A stretch of DNA of 64,000 bases from Candidatus Terraquivivens tengchongensis (GCA_023261845.1 JALNJZ010000005.1:39237-103236), one strand, 5' to 3'. Positions 30,549 through 40,618 are shown, counted from the stretch's first letter. Translations and numbers: made by a program. The notes: generated from the sequence alone by a model not told the origin.

Positions 30549-30662
30549 ATGTCGCTAGAGGCATTCTTTGACCAAGTGAGGCTAAACATTTACTGGTTGA
30601 TCTTATTCGTGTTGTTTTTAGTGCTAACGTACACCGTGAAAACTCGCGGTGAGAAAACCTGA
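30549..30662 (+). CDS. Putative 37-aa single-pass membrane micro-protein
   Basis: MSLEAFFDQVRLNIYWLILFVLFLVLTYTVKTRGEKT*; its TGA overlaps the putative priS CTG (CTGA). Confidence 0.55.
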   Translation: MSLEAFFDQVRLNIYWLILFVLFLVLTYTVKTRGEKT

Positions 30663-31897
30663 GCTTCCTAACGAGCAAGGATGCGGAATACGTCCGAACG
30701 TTGTTTAACGAATACTATACAAAAAATGCGGAGAGTGTACACATACCCCACATGATCGAAAGAAGGGAATTTGGTTACTTCACCTTTGGACAAAAGATCA
30801 TGATAAGACACATATCATTAAGAAGTTCATCGGAGCTGTTTGAATTAATAAAAAAAGTAACACCTTTGCACATGTACTACTCGGCCGCCCATTACCAATA
30901 CCCTCAGGCACCAATGGAGGAAAAGGTGTGGTTAGGCGCAGAACTTATATTCGACATAGATGCTGACCATCTAAACCTTCCGTGTAAGGAAAAGCATGAC
31001 TTTTCGGTATGCGAAGATTGTAGGAGTATGTTACCGCCTACGTCAGAACGATGCAGCAATTGCGGTAGCATGAATGTTAGACGTACTGATTGGGTTTGTG
31101 AAAGCTGCATAGAGGCGGCAAAAGAAGAAACCCATAAACTTTTGGACTTCCTTGAGATGGACTTCGGTATTCCATATTCGAAGATTTCGGTGAACTTCTC
31201 GGGGAATAGAGGTTTCCATACAGTAGTAAACGATGAGAAGCTTTTTACACTCGATCAAATGTCAAGAAAGGAGATTACTGATTACATCCTTGGAAATGGG
31301 CTTGACCCTACCCTTTACGGAATACCAACTGATAGGAGACGGTATCCTTCCGCTACGTTTGAGTATACGGACGGTTCATGGAGGGGCAGGTTGGCGAGGG
31401 TGGCTTTCGAAGTCATTAGGGATCTTCATAAACCACGCATTGCTGAAAACATGATAAAGTTGATTGGGAATAAAGAGTACGGTAGACTGTTACAGATTAA
31501 GGATTCGTTACTGATGTCGTGGCTGGACTCGCCTAAATGGGAGGCTCTAAAACCAAGCGTCATAAAAGCCATTACGACGTTGGCTGTGGAAGAAGCAAGA
31601 AGTGAGATAGACACTATCGTTACGACAGATATTCATCGACTTCTAAGGCTTGCTAACACGTTGAACGGAAAGACTGGTTTTCTGGCAAAAAAACTCGAGC
31701 CTGATGCCTTAGAGCGGTTCAACCCATTCGTAGACGCCGTTGTAATGCCCGACGAACCATGTAGAGTACACGTGATATACATGCCAAAAACCCGCATACG
31801 TGATGAATGGTACGGGCCTTATAACAACGAGGATGTAAAGATACCGGCCTGTCTGGCCGTCTTACTACTCTGCAAGGGTGTTGCGAGTCTCAAATAA
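30659..31897 (+). CDS. priS: DNA primase small (catalytic) subunit; probable CTG start at 30659 (track start TTG 30701)
   Basis: RREFG, YYSAAHY, ELIFDIDADH, Zn-binding insert, FSGNRGFH, DTIVTTDIHRLLRL. Confidence 0.93.
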   Translation: MSFLTSKDAEYVRTLFNEYYTKNAESVHIPHMIERREFGYFTFGQKIMIRHISLRSSSELFELIKKVTPLHMYYSAAHYQYPQAPMEEKVWLGAELIFDIDADHLNLPCKEKHDFSVCEDCRSMLPPTSERCSNCGSMNVRRTDWVCESCIEAAKEETHKLLDFLEMDFGIPYSKISVNFSGNRGFHTVVNDEKLFTLDQMSRKEITDYILGNGLDPTLYGIPTDRRRYPSATFEYTDGSWRGRLARVAFEVIRDLHKPRIAENMIKLIGNKEYGRLLQIKDSLLMSWLDSPKWEALKPSVIKAITTLAVEEARSEIDTIVTTDIHRLLRLANTLNGKTGFLAKKLEPDALERFNPFVDAVVMPDEPCRVHVIYMPKTRIRDEWYGPYNNEDVKIPACLAVLLLCKGVASLK

Positions 31898-31940
31898 TGG
31901 GGGCAATAGTTTAAGAGCAGGATGTCGCAACGTTAACGTG

Positions 31941-32507
31941 ATGTCGGAAGGAACTTCGGAAAGTTTCTACGATGAACTTATGGGTATATGGCTTAAGGAG
32001 AGAACGCAAGAAAGCCTTGTGTCTATACCACAAGATTTTGAGACCAAAATGTATGCTTATGCATCTTCGACAAGACAGCAACTGAAGGTATCTGACAAAA
32101 AAGCAGCATCGACAGCGATCAAATACGCCGAGTTTGATATTATCAAGAGGTTACTATCCTCGCTCTTTGAAATAAGGTTTAGAAAGATTGTTCATGCACT
32201 ACTCAAAGGGGTCCAGCCCGAGAACCTTCTAAGCGTAGAGAGACATTTCGCTGAGGAATTTTCTAAACTAATTTATTGGTATAGGGAGCGAATAAATTCG
32301 ATTACGCATGAGTTCAGAATTCCAAAAATCGAAGACAGGTCAGCAAAGTACAAGATTGTTTGCTTCATGCAGACGTTCCCAAAGGTCGTATGCGAGGACA
32401 TGAAGAACTATGGACCGTTTAGGCAATACGATATTGCCGCTTTACCACCAGAAAGTGCTATACTGCTTGCAACCAAGCAAGTTGTAAGACTTTTAGAATT
32501 AACTTAG
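31941..32507 (+). CDS. GINS subunit (Gins15/51 type)
   Basis: Helical A domain (KER...L..IP.DF, R.RKI) and C-terminal B domain (YGPF..YD.A.LP...A..L); next to priS. Confidence 0.8.
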   Translation: MSEGTSESFYDELMGIWLKERTQESLVSIPQDFETKMYAYASSTRQQLKVSDKKAASTAIKYAEFDIIKRLLSSLFEIRFRKIVHALLKGVQPENLLSVERHFAEEFSKLIYWYRERINSITHEFRIPKIEDRSAKYKIVCFMQTFPKVVCEDMKNYGPFRQYDIAALPPESAILLATKQVVRLLELT

Positions 32508-33685
32508 GCACGCGGCATCGTCCAGACAAAAAGTTCATCACCATGATAGGATAACAACATACAACCTATGATGAGTTTCTTAGGAACGGCTTCAACCTTT
32601 GAGTACAATTTTATAGTGTTCCTCTTACTATCTATATCGCTCACTAACCCTATACCTAAGCAACGCCCATCGTCATCGAACAGGTACGATAAAACTCCAA
32701 CTTTATTCTTCGAAAGTGATTCAACGTCTAACAAAGACGTACCAGTAGCTTGTGCATTATAAACATCTATTATGGACTTTACGTATTGTAAGGGATTGAT
32801 TTTTGCGTCGTATGCTTCCATCGGTATCGTTGAGAGCTTAAGCCAAGAGAGAGGCATAGTCTTTATGGAACCATCCTTTAGATATCTCCTGAATGAATTT
32901 TCCCTAAGCCTTTTGCGTGCATCGTGGTCCCGCTTATATACGTACTTCGACTTATCTACAACAGCACATTCTATGCCCATATCTCTACAATAGCCTTCGA
33001 CCTTTTCTTGTGGTTTATCGATGAATACTACAAGGGAAGGTTTAATGACATTAAGGAGGTTAATCTTATGTTCCTCTGCGTCCCCACCTTCTATCCAACC
33101 ATCACAATCGATAATAGCATAACCTTCTTCAATGGCTATGTAGCTAAAGAGCTCGCCAGTTTTTTTAAGATGATATTCCTTCGCAAATGAAGGTGACGTG
33201 AAACCGACCGGTGCTATAAAATCCGCCTTGAGTTGGTAAATGTCTGGGACCTGTTTTGTCGTTAAAACAGAGCCAATGGTGGTAGGAGGGCATATATTCG
33301 ATTGACCTAAGTCTAAGTCTATTAAGTATGCTTTTTTACCCTCACTCAATAACGAGTTTATGAGAAAAGTGGTCAAGGACGTCTTACCTGAATCTGTCCC
33401 GCCCATCACTACAACCTTCTTATGACTCTTAACAGTTTGGGATGCCAACACCTTCCAGTCGTCTGGTAAAGTATCATAATCCACGATCTCAACGGATGAA
33501 CCCTCTCCTAAGCTCAGCTCGACCTCCATGCCTACATCTGTAAATATCGGTAGTGCCCTTGAGTCCCTTACGAAGAGCGGTTTTTTCTGGGTTAATGTAT
33601 ATCCGAAGACCTTTCCAGAGCCCGACAACAACTTTACGGATGCCGGGCCTTTTATGATCAGGGTCTTGCCAGCCCCTACGTTCAT
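32504..33685 (-). CDS. Clp1/Grc3(Nol9)-family polynucleotide 5'-kinase
   Basis: GGTDSGKT, DLDLGQS, PPTTI, DCDGW, lid RDHDARKRLRE, N-terminal KGPASV domain. Confidence 0.88.
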   Translation of the reverse strand: MNVGAGKTLIIKGPASVKLLSGSGKVFGYTLTQKKPLFVRDSRALPIFTDVGMEVELSLGEGSSVEIVDYDTLPDDWKVLASQTVKSHKKVVVMGGTDSGKTSLTTFLINSLLSEGKKAYLIDLDLGQSNICPPTTIGSVLTTKQVPDIYQLKADFIAPVGFTSPSFAKEYHLKKTGELFSYIAIEEGYAIIDCDGWIEGGDAEEHKINLLNVIKPSLVVFIDKPQEKVEGYCRDMGIECAVVDKSKYVYKRDHDARKRLRENSFRRYLKDGSIKTMPLSWLKLSTIPMEAYDAKINPLQYVKSIIDVYNAQATGTSLLDVESLSKNKVGVLSYLFDDDGRCLGIGLVSDIDSKRNTIKLYSKVEAVPKKLIIGCMLLSYHGDELFVWTMPRA

Positions 33686-33692
33686 AAAACCC

Positions 33693-34349
33693 TCACCTCC
33701 CGGATAGTATCAACTTTCCTCTAGTTTTAACGAAAAGCATGAGGGCCGCGCTTTCATCAGATGGATGTGTAGAAATAAAAACATTCCTTCGACTCGAGCT
33801 ATTTTCTGATACAGTCATTATCTCGACCTGACCAGTTCCCAGAAACCTCTCGGAGATGTCCTTTTCAAGAGCGTGAGAGAAGTCGCCAGCTCCTTTTCCG
33901 ATTATCACATACTTCTTACAATCTTGATGTGCGTTAAAGAAGTCACTAATGTCGTCAAGAAGGCTTTGTCTGTCAGAGTACGTCGAGGTTCTAAGCAATA
34001 CATCTTCGGCAAAGAAGGCACAACCGGTCCTTTTCTCGCCGGGGTCTATCGAGACTGTTACGAACTTTGGACGAACCTTTCCGAAAGCTATTTCGTATGC
34101 CCTATCTACGAGGGCCTTATATGAGGGTAAGTCCTCGACAAAAAGAACAGGAATGGGAAGCTTGGGGTCATCTTTTTTGCTTGTTATGATTACCTTCGCG
34201 TTGAGGGGCAGGTCGGCAAGGCTACTAACGGATAACACTTCTATGTCCCTCCTCCTGGTCTCAGATATTATATTATGGATTGTCCTAAAGTCGGATAAAA
34301 GGAGACCAATAATCACATTATGCTTCCTAAGTTTCCTTCCCTTTTTCAA
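33693..34349 (-). CDS. Hypothetical protein with RNase H-like (YqgF/resolvase-like) C-terminal domain
   Basis: SIDPGEKRTGCA, IIGKG, VSENSSS, DESAALML resemble YqgF motifs. Confidence 0.55.
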   Translation of the reverse strand: MKKGRKLRKHNVIIGLLLSDFRTIHNIISETRRRDIEVLSVSSLADLPLNAKVIITSKKDDPKLPIPVLFVEDLPSYKALVDRAYEIAFGKVRPKFVTVSIDPGEKRTGCAFFAEDVLLRTSTYSDRQSLLDDISDFFNAHQDCKKYVIIGKGAGDFSHALEKDISERFLGTGQVEIMTVSENSSSRRNVFISTHPSDESAALMLFVKTRGKLILSGR

Positions 34350-34517
34350 TTCATATAAGCCTCTACTTGCGCGTATTTAGTCTTTGGTTGACGTTTAAAC
34401 ATAATTAGCCCAATACATTAATGCGAATAAGGCGCTAGGTTAAAGTAGGGTTTGCCTTCATGCTAATCGAAAATAAGGGTTTTATAGAAAAAAGGTACCG
34501 AAAATTGTGGATGAGAG

Positions 34518-34775
34518 TTGGGAAGGAAAAGGAGGAAAATAATACGTAAGGTTGTCAAACCGCCACCGTCAATCTTCGTCTGTCCGTTGTGTAACCATGA
34601 AGCCGTATCAGTGGTGCATGAGAAAGGTTCAGAGGTTGCTAGGGTCACCTGTGGATTCTGTAAAGTGTCCAGGGAGGTGCCTTGGTACCCATCCTACACT
34701 ATTGTAGATGCTTATGCGGCATGGTATGATATCGTTACTGAAGAGGTTGGAAATGTTGAAGCTGGGCAGGGTTGA
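34518..34775 (+). CDS. elf1: Transcription elongation factor Elf1
   Basis: MGRKRRK, FVCPLCN, CGFC, VDAYAAWYD. Confidence 0.9.
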   Translation: MGRKRRKIIRKVVKPPPSIFVCPLCNHEAVSVVHEKGSEVARVTCGFCKVSREVPWYPSYTIVDAYAAWYDIVTEEVGNVEAGQG

Positions 34776-35541
34776 ACGTTACATACTTAACGAGATAGAA
34801 AAAAATGGTTGTATGCATATGACCCTACTTGACCCAGAGAACTTTTCTCCGCAAGAGATGGCGAAGTGCGCGAAGATGTGTGAAGAACAAGGTACAGGCG
34901 CCATAATGGTTGGCGGCTCCATACTCCAATCGCAAACGACTTTAGACGAATGCGTTATGATGATAAAAGAAAACGTCTCCATACCCGTAATACTTTTTCC
35001 CAACAACATAAACGCGATCAGTAGACATGCTGATGCCATATGGTTCATGTCGCTGTTAAATTCAACTGACTGGTATTACATTGTTGGTGCACAGATGCAG
35101 GGGTCATTCCTAATTAAGAAGTACGGTCTCGAGGCCATACCCATGGGCTACTTAGTTTTTGGTTCGGATACAGCAGTCTCTGCCATAGGAAGGGTGCTTC
35201 CGCTTCCATTCAATAAGGGAGAAGTTGCTGCTGGGTATGCTCTAGCTGCTCAGTACCTTGGGATGAGGTTTGTATACCTTGAGGCAGGTTCTGGTGCGCA
35301 AAACCCCATACCACCCGATACTATAAGAGCGGTTAGAGATGTCGTTGAGATAACGATCGTAGTCGGTGGCGGAATAACCTCCCCTGAAGACTCCCGTGCA
35401 GTAACTAAGGCAGGTGCTGATATAATAGTCACGGGAACAATCGTTGAAAGAAGCAAAAACGCTGAATTGTTATCGAGGATAATTCAAGCCGCAAGAGAGG
35501 GCGCGGCCTCAAGACAATGGCCAAAGAAGACGCTACCCTAA
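34753..35541 (+). CDS. Geranylgeranylglyceryl phosphate synthase
   Basis: HMTLLDPE, IMVGGS, FMSLLNS, YLEAGSGA, VGGGI. Confidence 0.93.
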   Translation: MLKLGRVERYILNEIEKNGCMHMTLLDPENFSPQEMAKCAKMCEEQGTGAIMVGGSILQSQTTLDECVMMIKENVSIPVILFPNNINAISRHADAIWFMSLLNSTDWYYIVGAQMQGSFLIKKYGLEAIPMGYLVFGSDTAVSAIGRVLPLPFNKGEVAAGYALAAQYLGMRFVYLEAGSGAQNPIPPDTIRAVRDVVEITIVVGGGITSPEDSRAVTKAGADIIVTGTIVERSKNAELLSRIIQAAREGAASRQWPKKTLP

Positions 35542-35611
35542 TTCCATGACAGGATATACCCCAACACCTTTTGAATAAATATAATTAGCCGTAGCTAGAG
35601 AAGCTCTTGGT

Positions 35612-38600
35612 TTGTATAGGATACCGGCTGAGTTTGCTGAATATTATGCTCAGATAGTAGAAAGGCTCAAGGAAGAATATAGGGTAGCATCTGAAGCGAA
35701 GAAAAAATTAAGCACCATTGTTGACGAGGTTGAAACAATAATCGCTGAAGACATGGCTGAGAGGGTCGAGTTGCTTGTTGGTCCCAAAGGTATCGCCGAG
35801 AAGATAAGGTTTCTGAAGAACAAGCTTTCGAGGGAACGTCTAGCGTTTAAGCTAGCAGAGGACATCATATACAGTTCGATAGGAAAGTTGAAGGAAGAAG
35901 TTGCTATTAAGCAGGCGCTCTGTACCGCGCTCGCCGTCATGACACCGCCATGCATAACCGCTGCGCCGAGTGAGGGCATTGCGGATGTAAAGATTAAAAA
36001 GAACCCGGACGGGTCGAGCTATCTGGCGGTTTACTTTGCAGGCCCTATAAGGGCAGCTGGCGGAACTGAGCTGACAGCAACAGTCATACTAGCGGACTAT
36101 ATCAGAAGACTGCTAAACCTAGACAGATACAAGCCTACGGAGGAGGAGATTAAGCGATTCAAGGAAGAACTTAGAACCTATGTGCGAATGGTTAGCAGAT
36201 TTCAGTATAACGTTCCGGATCATTTGGTAGAAAAGGCATTGAGAAACATACCTGTAGAGATTACAGGCATTCCTACGGACAATATTTTGGCACCGTCTTA
36301 TAGAAACCTGCCTAGGGTTGAGACGAACTACTTAAGGGGCGGTGCCCTGAGGGTTGTAAACGACGGTATAATCGGAAGGGCAAGAAAAGCGCTCAAGCTC
36401 GTTGAGATGCTTGGTTTATCTGGATGGGAATGGTTGCGGGAAGTTGCTGAGGAGTTCAGCAAGATCCACTCAGCCAGTTCAGCCGAAGAAAGCTATCTAA
36501 ACGAAGTCATAGGAGGCAGGCCTGTGTTTTCCTTGCCAGATGCGTTTGGTGGATTTAGACTGAGATATGGCCGTTCATACAACACCGGCATGGCTGCCGT
36601 CGGCGTACATCCCATGACCATGAAAGTACTCGAGGGGTACATAGCGACCGGTACGCAATTAAAGCTTGATTATCCCGGAAAGGGCGGTGTTGTGATGCCA
36701 GTAGATACAATAGAGCCGCCGAGGATACTGCTAGACGATGGGTCTGTTGTGAAGGTTGATAACGACATGACTTATGCCGAGGTGAAAAACAAAATCGTAA
36801 AGATTCTTTTTCTTGGTGACATTCTGGTCTCATTTGGGGATTGTGTGGAGAACAATGTTGAACTCAGACCAGTCGGCTATTGTGAAGAGTGGTGGGCGCT
36901 GGAATTAAAGAAGGAAATAACGATAGCTGGAGGGGTTGAAGTAGTCGCGAAAATTTTAGGCATGGACTCCGAGCGTCTCAGAGCCCTAGTAGAGAACCCC
37001 CTAATAATTAAACCAACGGACAGGGAAGCATTGATGTTGAGTTTCAAGCTCAAAGTTCCGCTTCATCCATCTTACTGCTGTTTTTGGGAAAACATAAGCA
37101 TCAACGAATTAATGATGCTAAAAGATTGGTTGGAGAAATCCAGGACACGATGCAAAATCCATAATGGAAAGGTGTGGATACCGCTTACGGAAACGATACA
37201 TAACATCTTGATCAAAATGGTGCTTGAGCACAGAATTGATGGAGAATATGCGGTTATTGATATGTCAACTTATAGGGTGCTCTTAGCACTTCTGGCACAA
37301 CCAAAGAAAGTACCGGATTCTGTCAACGATACTCTAGAGGCAGTATTCATAATCTCAGGCATAAAACTGAGAAGAAAAGGCGGGACTTTCTTGGGTGCAA
37401 GGATGGGCAGACCTGAGAAGGCCGGCATGAGAATGATGGAACCACCTGTGCACGTACTATTTCCGGTAGGTCTTAAAGGGGGCGCATCGAGAGACATAAC
37501 AAACATAGTTAAATCTGGGGAGAAGGTGTTCGTGGAGGTTGCCCGACTTGAATGTCCAAATTGCGGTTCTATAGGTTGGAAAACTATTTGTGAAAACTGC
37601 GGTATAAAAAGAAAACCGTTAGGCATATGCACAAAATGCTCGCTGAAAAACCATAATATCGAAGTTAAAAACTGTGAAAGATGTGGAGGCAAAATTTCCT
37701 ATACAGAGAAGTTTTCTCTGGATATTAGGACGGAATTTTTGCAAGAGTGTAAGCGTTTATTCACCGAAATGCCTGCAAAGATTAAAGGGGTTCGTGCACT
37801 CACAAGTAGAATCAAAATTTCAGAAGATGTTGCAAAAGGAATCCTTAGAGCCAAATATGGTCTTTCCGTTTATAAAGACGGGACCATCAGGTTCGATGCG
37901 ACGAATGCTCCGCTTACCCACTTTACGCCACGTCAAATATCGACGGACGTTAACGTTCTGAGAAGCTTAGGCTATACGTATGATATTGAAGGTAAGCCGC
38001 TAACGAGTGTTGACCAAATATGTGAGTTGAAGCCCCAAGATTTAATAATACCTAGAAAGGCTGCTGAACATTTCATTAAGGTTTCTAAGTTCATAGATGA
38101 GCTTCTGGAAAAGCTTGCTGGTATGCAACCTTACTATATGTGTAACAAACCTGAAGATCTGATTGGTAAGTTAGTTGCATCGCTTTCCCCACATACCTAT
38201 GTAGCGACGGTAGGAAGGATTATCGGTTTCACGGATGCTGACGTATGCTTTGCACACCCCCTCTTTCACGCATCCAAAAGGCGCGATTGCGATGGTGACG
38301 AGGATAGCCTAATGCTTCCGCTTGATGTTTTCATAAACTTCTCTAGGCTTTACCTGCCCGATAGAATCGGCGGAAAGATGGATGCTCCTCTGTTAATAAC
38401 CCCAATAATTTATCCGGAGGAAGTTGACGAGCAAGCACATAACTTGGATGTCGCCTATACTTATCCGTTGGAGTTATATGAGGCTGCGGAGAAAAGGGAA
38501 CCTTCTGCTAAGCTATCAAACATCATCGCAACCATAAAGTTAAAACTTGGATCAGCTGAACAGTACGGCGGATTTGGGTTTACGCATAAGACACATTATC

Positions 38601-39058
38601 TTATCACTAATGTGAGCTCCGCTTATAAGCAAAGCAGGTCGATGTTCGAGAAAGTCGTGGATCAAATCAAGTTAACAGAGAAGCTATCTTCTGTTAAGAT
38701 AGAGAAAGTCGTCGAGAATATCATATCATCGCACATCCTTCCAGATGTTGCTGGTAACATGAAGGCATTCTTCATTCAGAGTTTCAGATGTAAAAAGTGT
38801 AATGCTAAGTTCAGGCGGCTTCCGTTAAACGGTCAATGCAATAAATGCGGCTCTAATTTAATACAGACAGTTTTCCGCGGCGCCATCGAGAAGTATGTTG
38901 AATTGTTAGAATACGCATTATTTAAATACATACATACTCCGTACCTCAAAGAAAGAGCAAGCATAGTAATAGAGAACGTTCGAAGCACGTTCGTACGTCA
39001 AGGCGAAGCATCATCAAATACAAAACAAGTTTCGCTAGAGCGTTTCATCGAAAGTTGA
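35612..39058 (+). CDS. polC: DNA polymerase D large subunit DP2 (no intein)
   Basis: YFAGPIRAAGGT, GGFRLRYGRS, ARMGRPEK, KDGTIRFD, KRRDCDGDED, Zn fingers. Confidence 0.97.
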   Translation: MYRIPAEFAEYYAQIVERLKEEYRVASEAKKKLSTIVDEVETIIAEDMAERVELLVGPKGIAEKIRFLKNKLSRERLAFKLAEDIIYSSIGKLKEEVAIKQALCTALAVMTPPCITAAPSEGIADVKIKKNPDGSSYLAVYFAGPIRAAGGTELTATVILADYIRRLLNLDRYKPTEEEIKRFKEELRTYVRMVSRFQYNVPDHLVEKALRNIPVEITGIPTDNILAPSYRNLPRVETNYLRGGALRVVNDGIIGRARKALKLVEMLGLSGWEWLREVAEEFSKIHSASSAEESYLNEVIGGRPVFSLPDAFGGFRLRYGRSYNTGMAAVGVHPMTMKVLEGYIATGTQLKLDYPGKGGVVMPVDTIEPPRILLDDGSVVKVDNDMTYAEVKNKIVKILFLGDILVSFGDCVENNVELRPVGYCEEWWALELKKEITIAGGVEVVAKILGMDSERLRALVENPLIIKPTDREALMLSFKLKVPLHPSYCCFWENISINELMMLKDWLEKSRTRCKIHNGKVWIPLTETIHNILIKMVLEHRIDGEYAVIDMSTYRVLLALLAQPKKVPDSVNDTLEAVFIISGIKLRRKGGTFLGARMGRPEKAGMRMMEPPVHVLFPVGLKGGASRDITNIVKSGEKVFVEVARLECPNCGSIGWKTICENCGIKRKPLGICTKCSLKNHNIEVKNCERCGGKISYTEKFSLDIRTEFLQECKRLFTEMPAKIKGVRALTSRIKISEDVAKGILRAKYGLSVYKDGTIRFDATNAPLTHFTPRQISTDVNVLRSLGYTYDIEGKPLTSVDQICELKPQDLIIPRKAAEHFIKVSKFIDELLEKLAGMQPYYMCNKPEDLIGKLVASLSPHTYVATVGRIIGFTDADVCFAHPLFHASKRRDCDGDEDSLMLPLDVFINFSRLYLPDRIGGKMDAPLLITPIIYPEEVDEQAHNLDVAYTYPLELYEAAEKREPSAKLSNIIATIKLKLGSAEQYGGFGFTHKTHYLITNVSSAYKQSRSMFEKVVDQIKLTEKLSSVKIEKVVENIISSHILPDVAGNMKAFFIQSFRCKKCNAKFRRLPLNGQCNKCGSNLIQTVFRGAIEKYVELLEYALFKYIHTPYLKERASIVIENVRSTFVRQGEASSNTKQVSLERFIES

Positions 39059-39234
39059 TCTTTACAGAAAACCCATTGATCTTCAACTATATCAATATAA
39101 CGTAAAGGGGATGTCGATGCATTATTTTTGTGTACATCACATTGCTCTACATGCATATATAGATGCCGCCATATGCTTAGGACCTATGTACAATAGCAAG
39201 TTGGGAGGGAAAATAGCCCGAGAAAGAGTAAGGC

Positions 39235-39831
39235 TTAATCTAACCCATAATGAAGTTTGATCAAAGAAAGCAACACCTTGTAAACTTCATCTTCGTTCAA
39301 CCCCGTTGTGTCCAAAACGACGTCAAACGGACTCAGATCATTTTCAAGCGATATCCCATACAATCTATTGTAAATTTCCTTACTTTCTGAGTCGCGTTTT
39401 CTCAGTATTTCTTTTGCGGTATCTATTGGCAACCCACTCCTTTTCGAAAGCCTAACCGCTCTTTCATCCTCGCTAGCCTTAAGCCATATTTTGTAACCAT
39501 CTTTCAGCAACCAAGGCAGAACCCAACTATCAATCACAACATCACCCTTAGATGCCAACTCAAGTAGCTTCGCATCAACAAGCTTGTCAAACTCAGGGTT
39601 TGACGATCTCTCTTCAAGAAACTTAAGACCTTCTGGCTTCTCCCACCAGTCTTCGCCTCCTGGCTCGTAGCCCCTCTCGATTGCCAGCTGTTTCAAGGCC
39701 TGACCGCCGGAAATGTACCTGATGTTCAAAGCTTTAGCAAGCTTTCTAGCAACCGTACTCTTCCCTGTAGCGGCAAGACCGCTGATGCATATTACTAACC
39801 TTCTTCCACGGCAGTTTTCCATACTTTTCAA
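39235..39831 (-). CDS. cmk: Cytidylate kinase (archaeal type)
   Basis: ISGLAATGKST, SGG, KIWLKA...R..R, YGI, DTT. Confidence 0.9.
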   Translation of the reverse strand: MKSMENCRGRRLVICISGLAATGKSTVARKLAKALNIRYISGGQALKQLAIERGYEPGGEDWWEKPEGLKFLEERSSNPEFDKLVDAKLLELASKGDVVIDSWVLPWLLKDGYKIWLKASEDERAVRLSKRSGLPIDTAKEILRKRDSESKEIYNRLYGISLENDLSPFDVVLDTTGLNEDEVYKVLLSLIKLHYGLD

Positions 39832-39929
39832 TTTGATATCCAGATTAATAATTTTGGGCGCATATTTAAGGAGCGTTTAGCTCCAAAGATATAAAAATTC
39901 ACAAATCGTTTTCTCAAGACGCCCTTAGT

Positions 39930-40424
39930 TTAATGAGATAATTTATCTAGGATCAGTTTGAAGAGTTGAGGAAATTCTTCTGGAAGTTTATAGACGCCCT
40001 TCTCGTCCAGCTTCTCAAACGTGGCCATTATTCCACCCTTCATGGTATTCAAATCTTCTGCGTTTCTTATCAAAGCTATTTTTATAGCGTCATCACTTTC
40101 CTTAAGTAATCCATAGAATCCTTCCAAGACCAAAACATCAGAATCCCCAGCCATGTTGACCAAGTCTGACAGCGTATTAATCTTCTTATCCCTTAATATG
40201 ATTGCGACCTCTCCGGGAGATATTATTATAGTAGGGTTTGCTCCGGCCTCCCTATGCTTCCAGCTATCTTTTCCTGGCCGGTCTATGCTGAAATCTGCAT
40301 GATGAACGTGCTTGGCGCTGGCAACCTTATAATTCATTTCTCTCAGAGCCCTTATCAGCATCGTCGTGAGCCTAGTCTTTCCGGATTTCTTATGTCCAAG
40401 AACGGCTATCACTTTCAAACCCAA
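39930..40424 (-). CDS. mobB: Molybdopterin-guanine dinucleotide biosynthesis protein B
   Basis: GHKKSGKT, KHVHH, GKDSWKHREAGA, LVLEGF. Confidence 0.88.
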   Translation of the reverse strand: MGLKVIAVLGHKKSGKTRLTTMLIRALREMNYKVASAKHVHHADFSIDRPGKDSWKHREAGANPTIIISPGEVAIILRDKKINTLSDLVNMAGDSDVLVLEGFYGLLKESDDAIKIALIRNAEDLNTMKGGIMATFEKLDEKGVYKLPEEFPQLFKLILDKLSH

Positions 40425-40618
40425 AGCCCATCCCGTGAGTTATCATTTATAGTAAGCCGTAATTATATAACCTCCCATGATAAATCAGTTTATAAGAATT
40501 GCTCGTGTTTTAGAAAGCACGAGACATCTGAACGTTCTTCGATAATGAAACAGTAGAAGTTATATGAAAATAACATATTTAACTCGGCAATTTATCGTGA
40601 AGGAATCGGTGGGAAAAC

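Noticed and set aside
35612-39058. Intein in PolD DP2
   Set aside because: Length is normal and the catalytic region is uninterrupted.
39111-39260. 49-aa ATG ORF between polC and cmk
   Set aside because: No recognisable motif, overlaps the cmk end, and nothing else supports it.
40478-40531. Possible C/D box sRNA (ATGATAA...CTGA with internal hairpin)
   Set aside because: Imperfect C box, no clear D'/C' boxes and no guide target I could verify.
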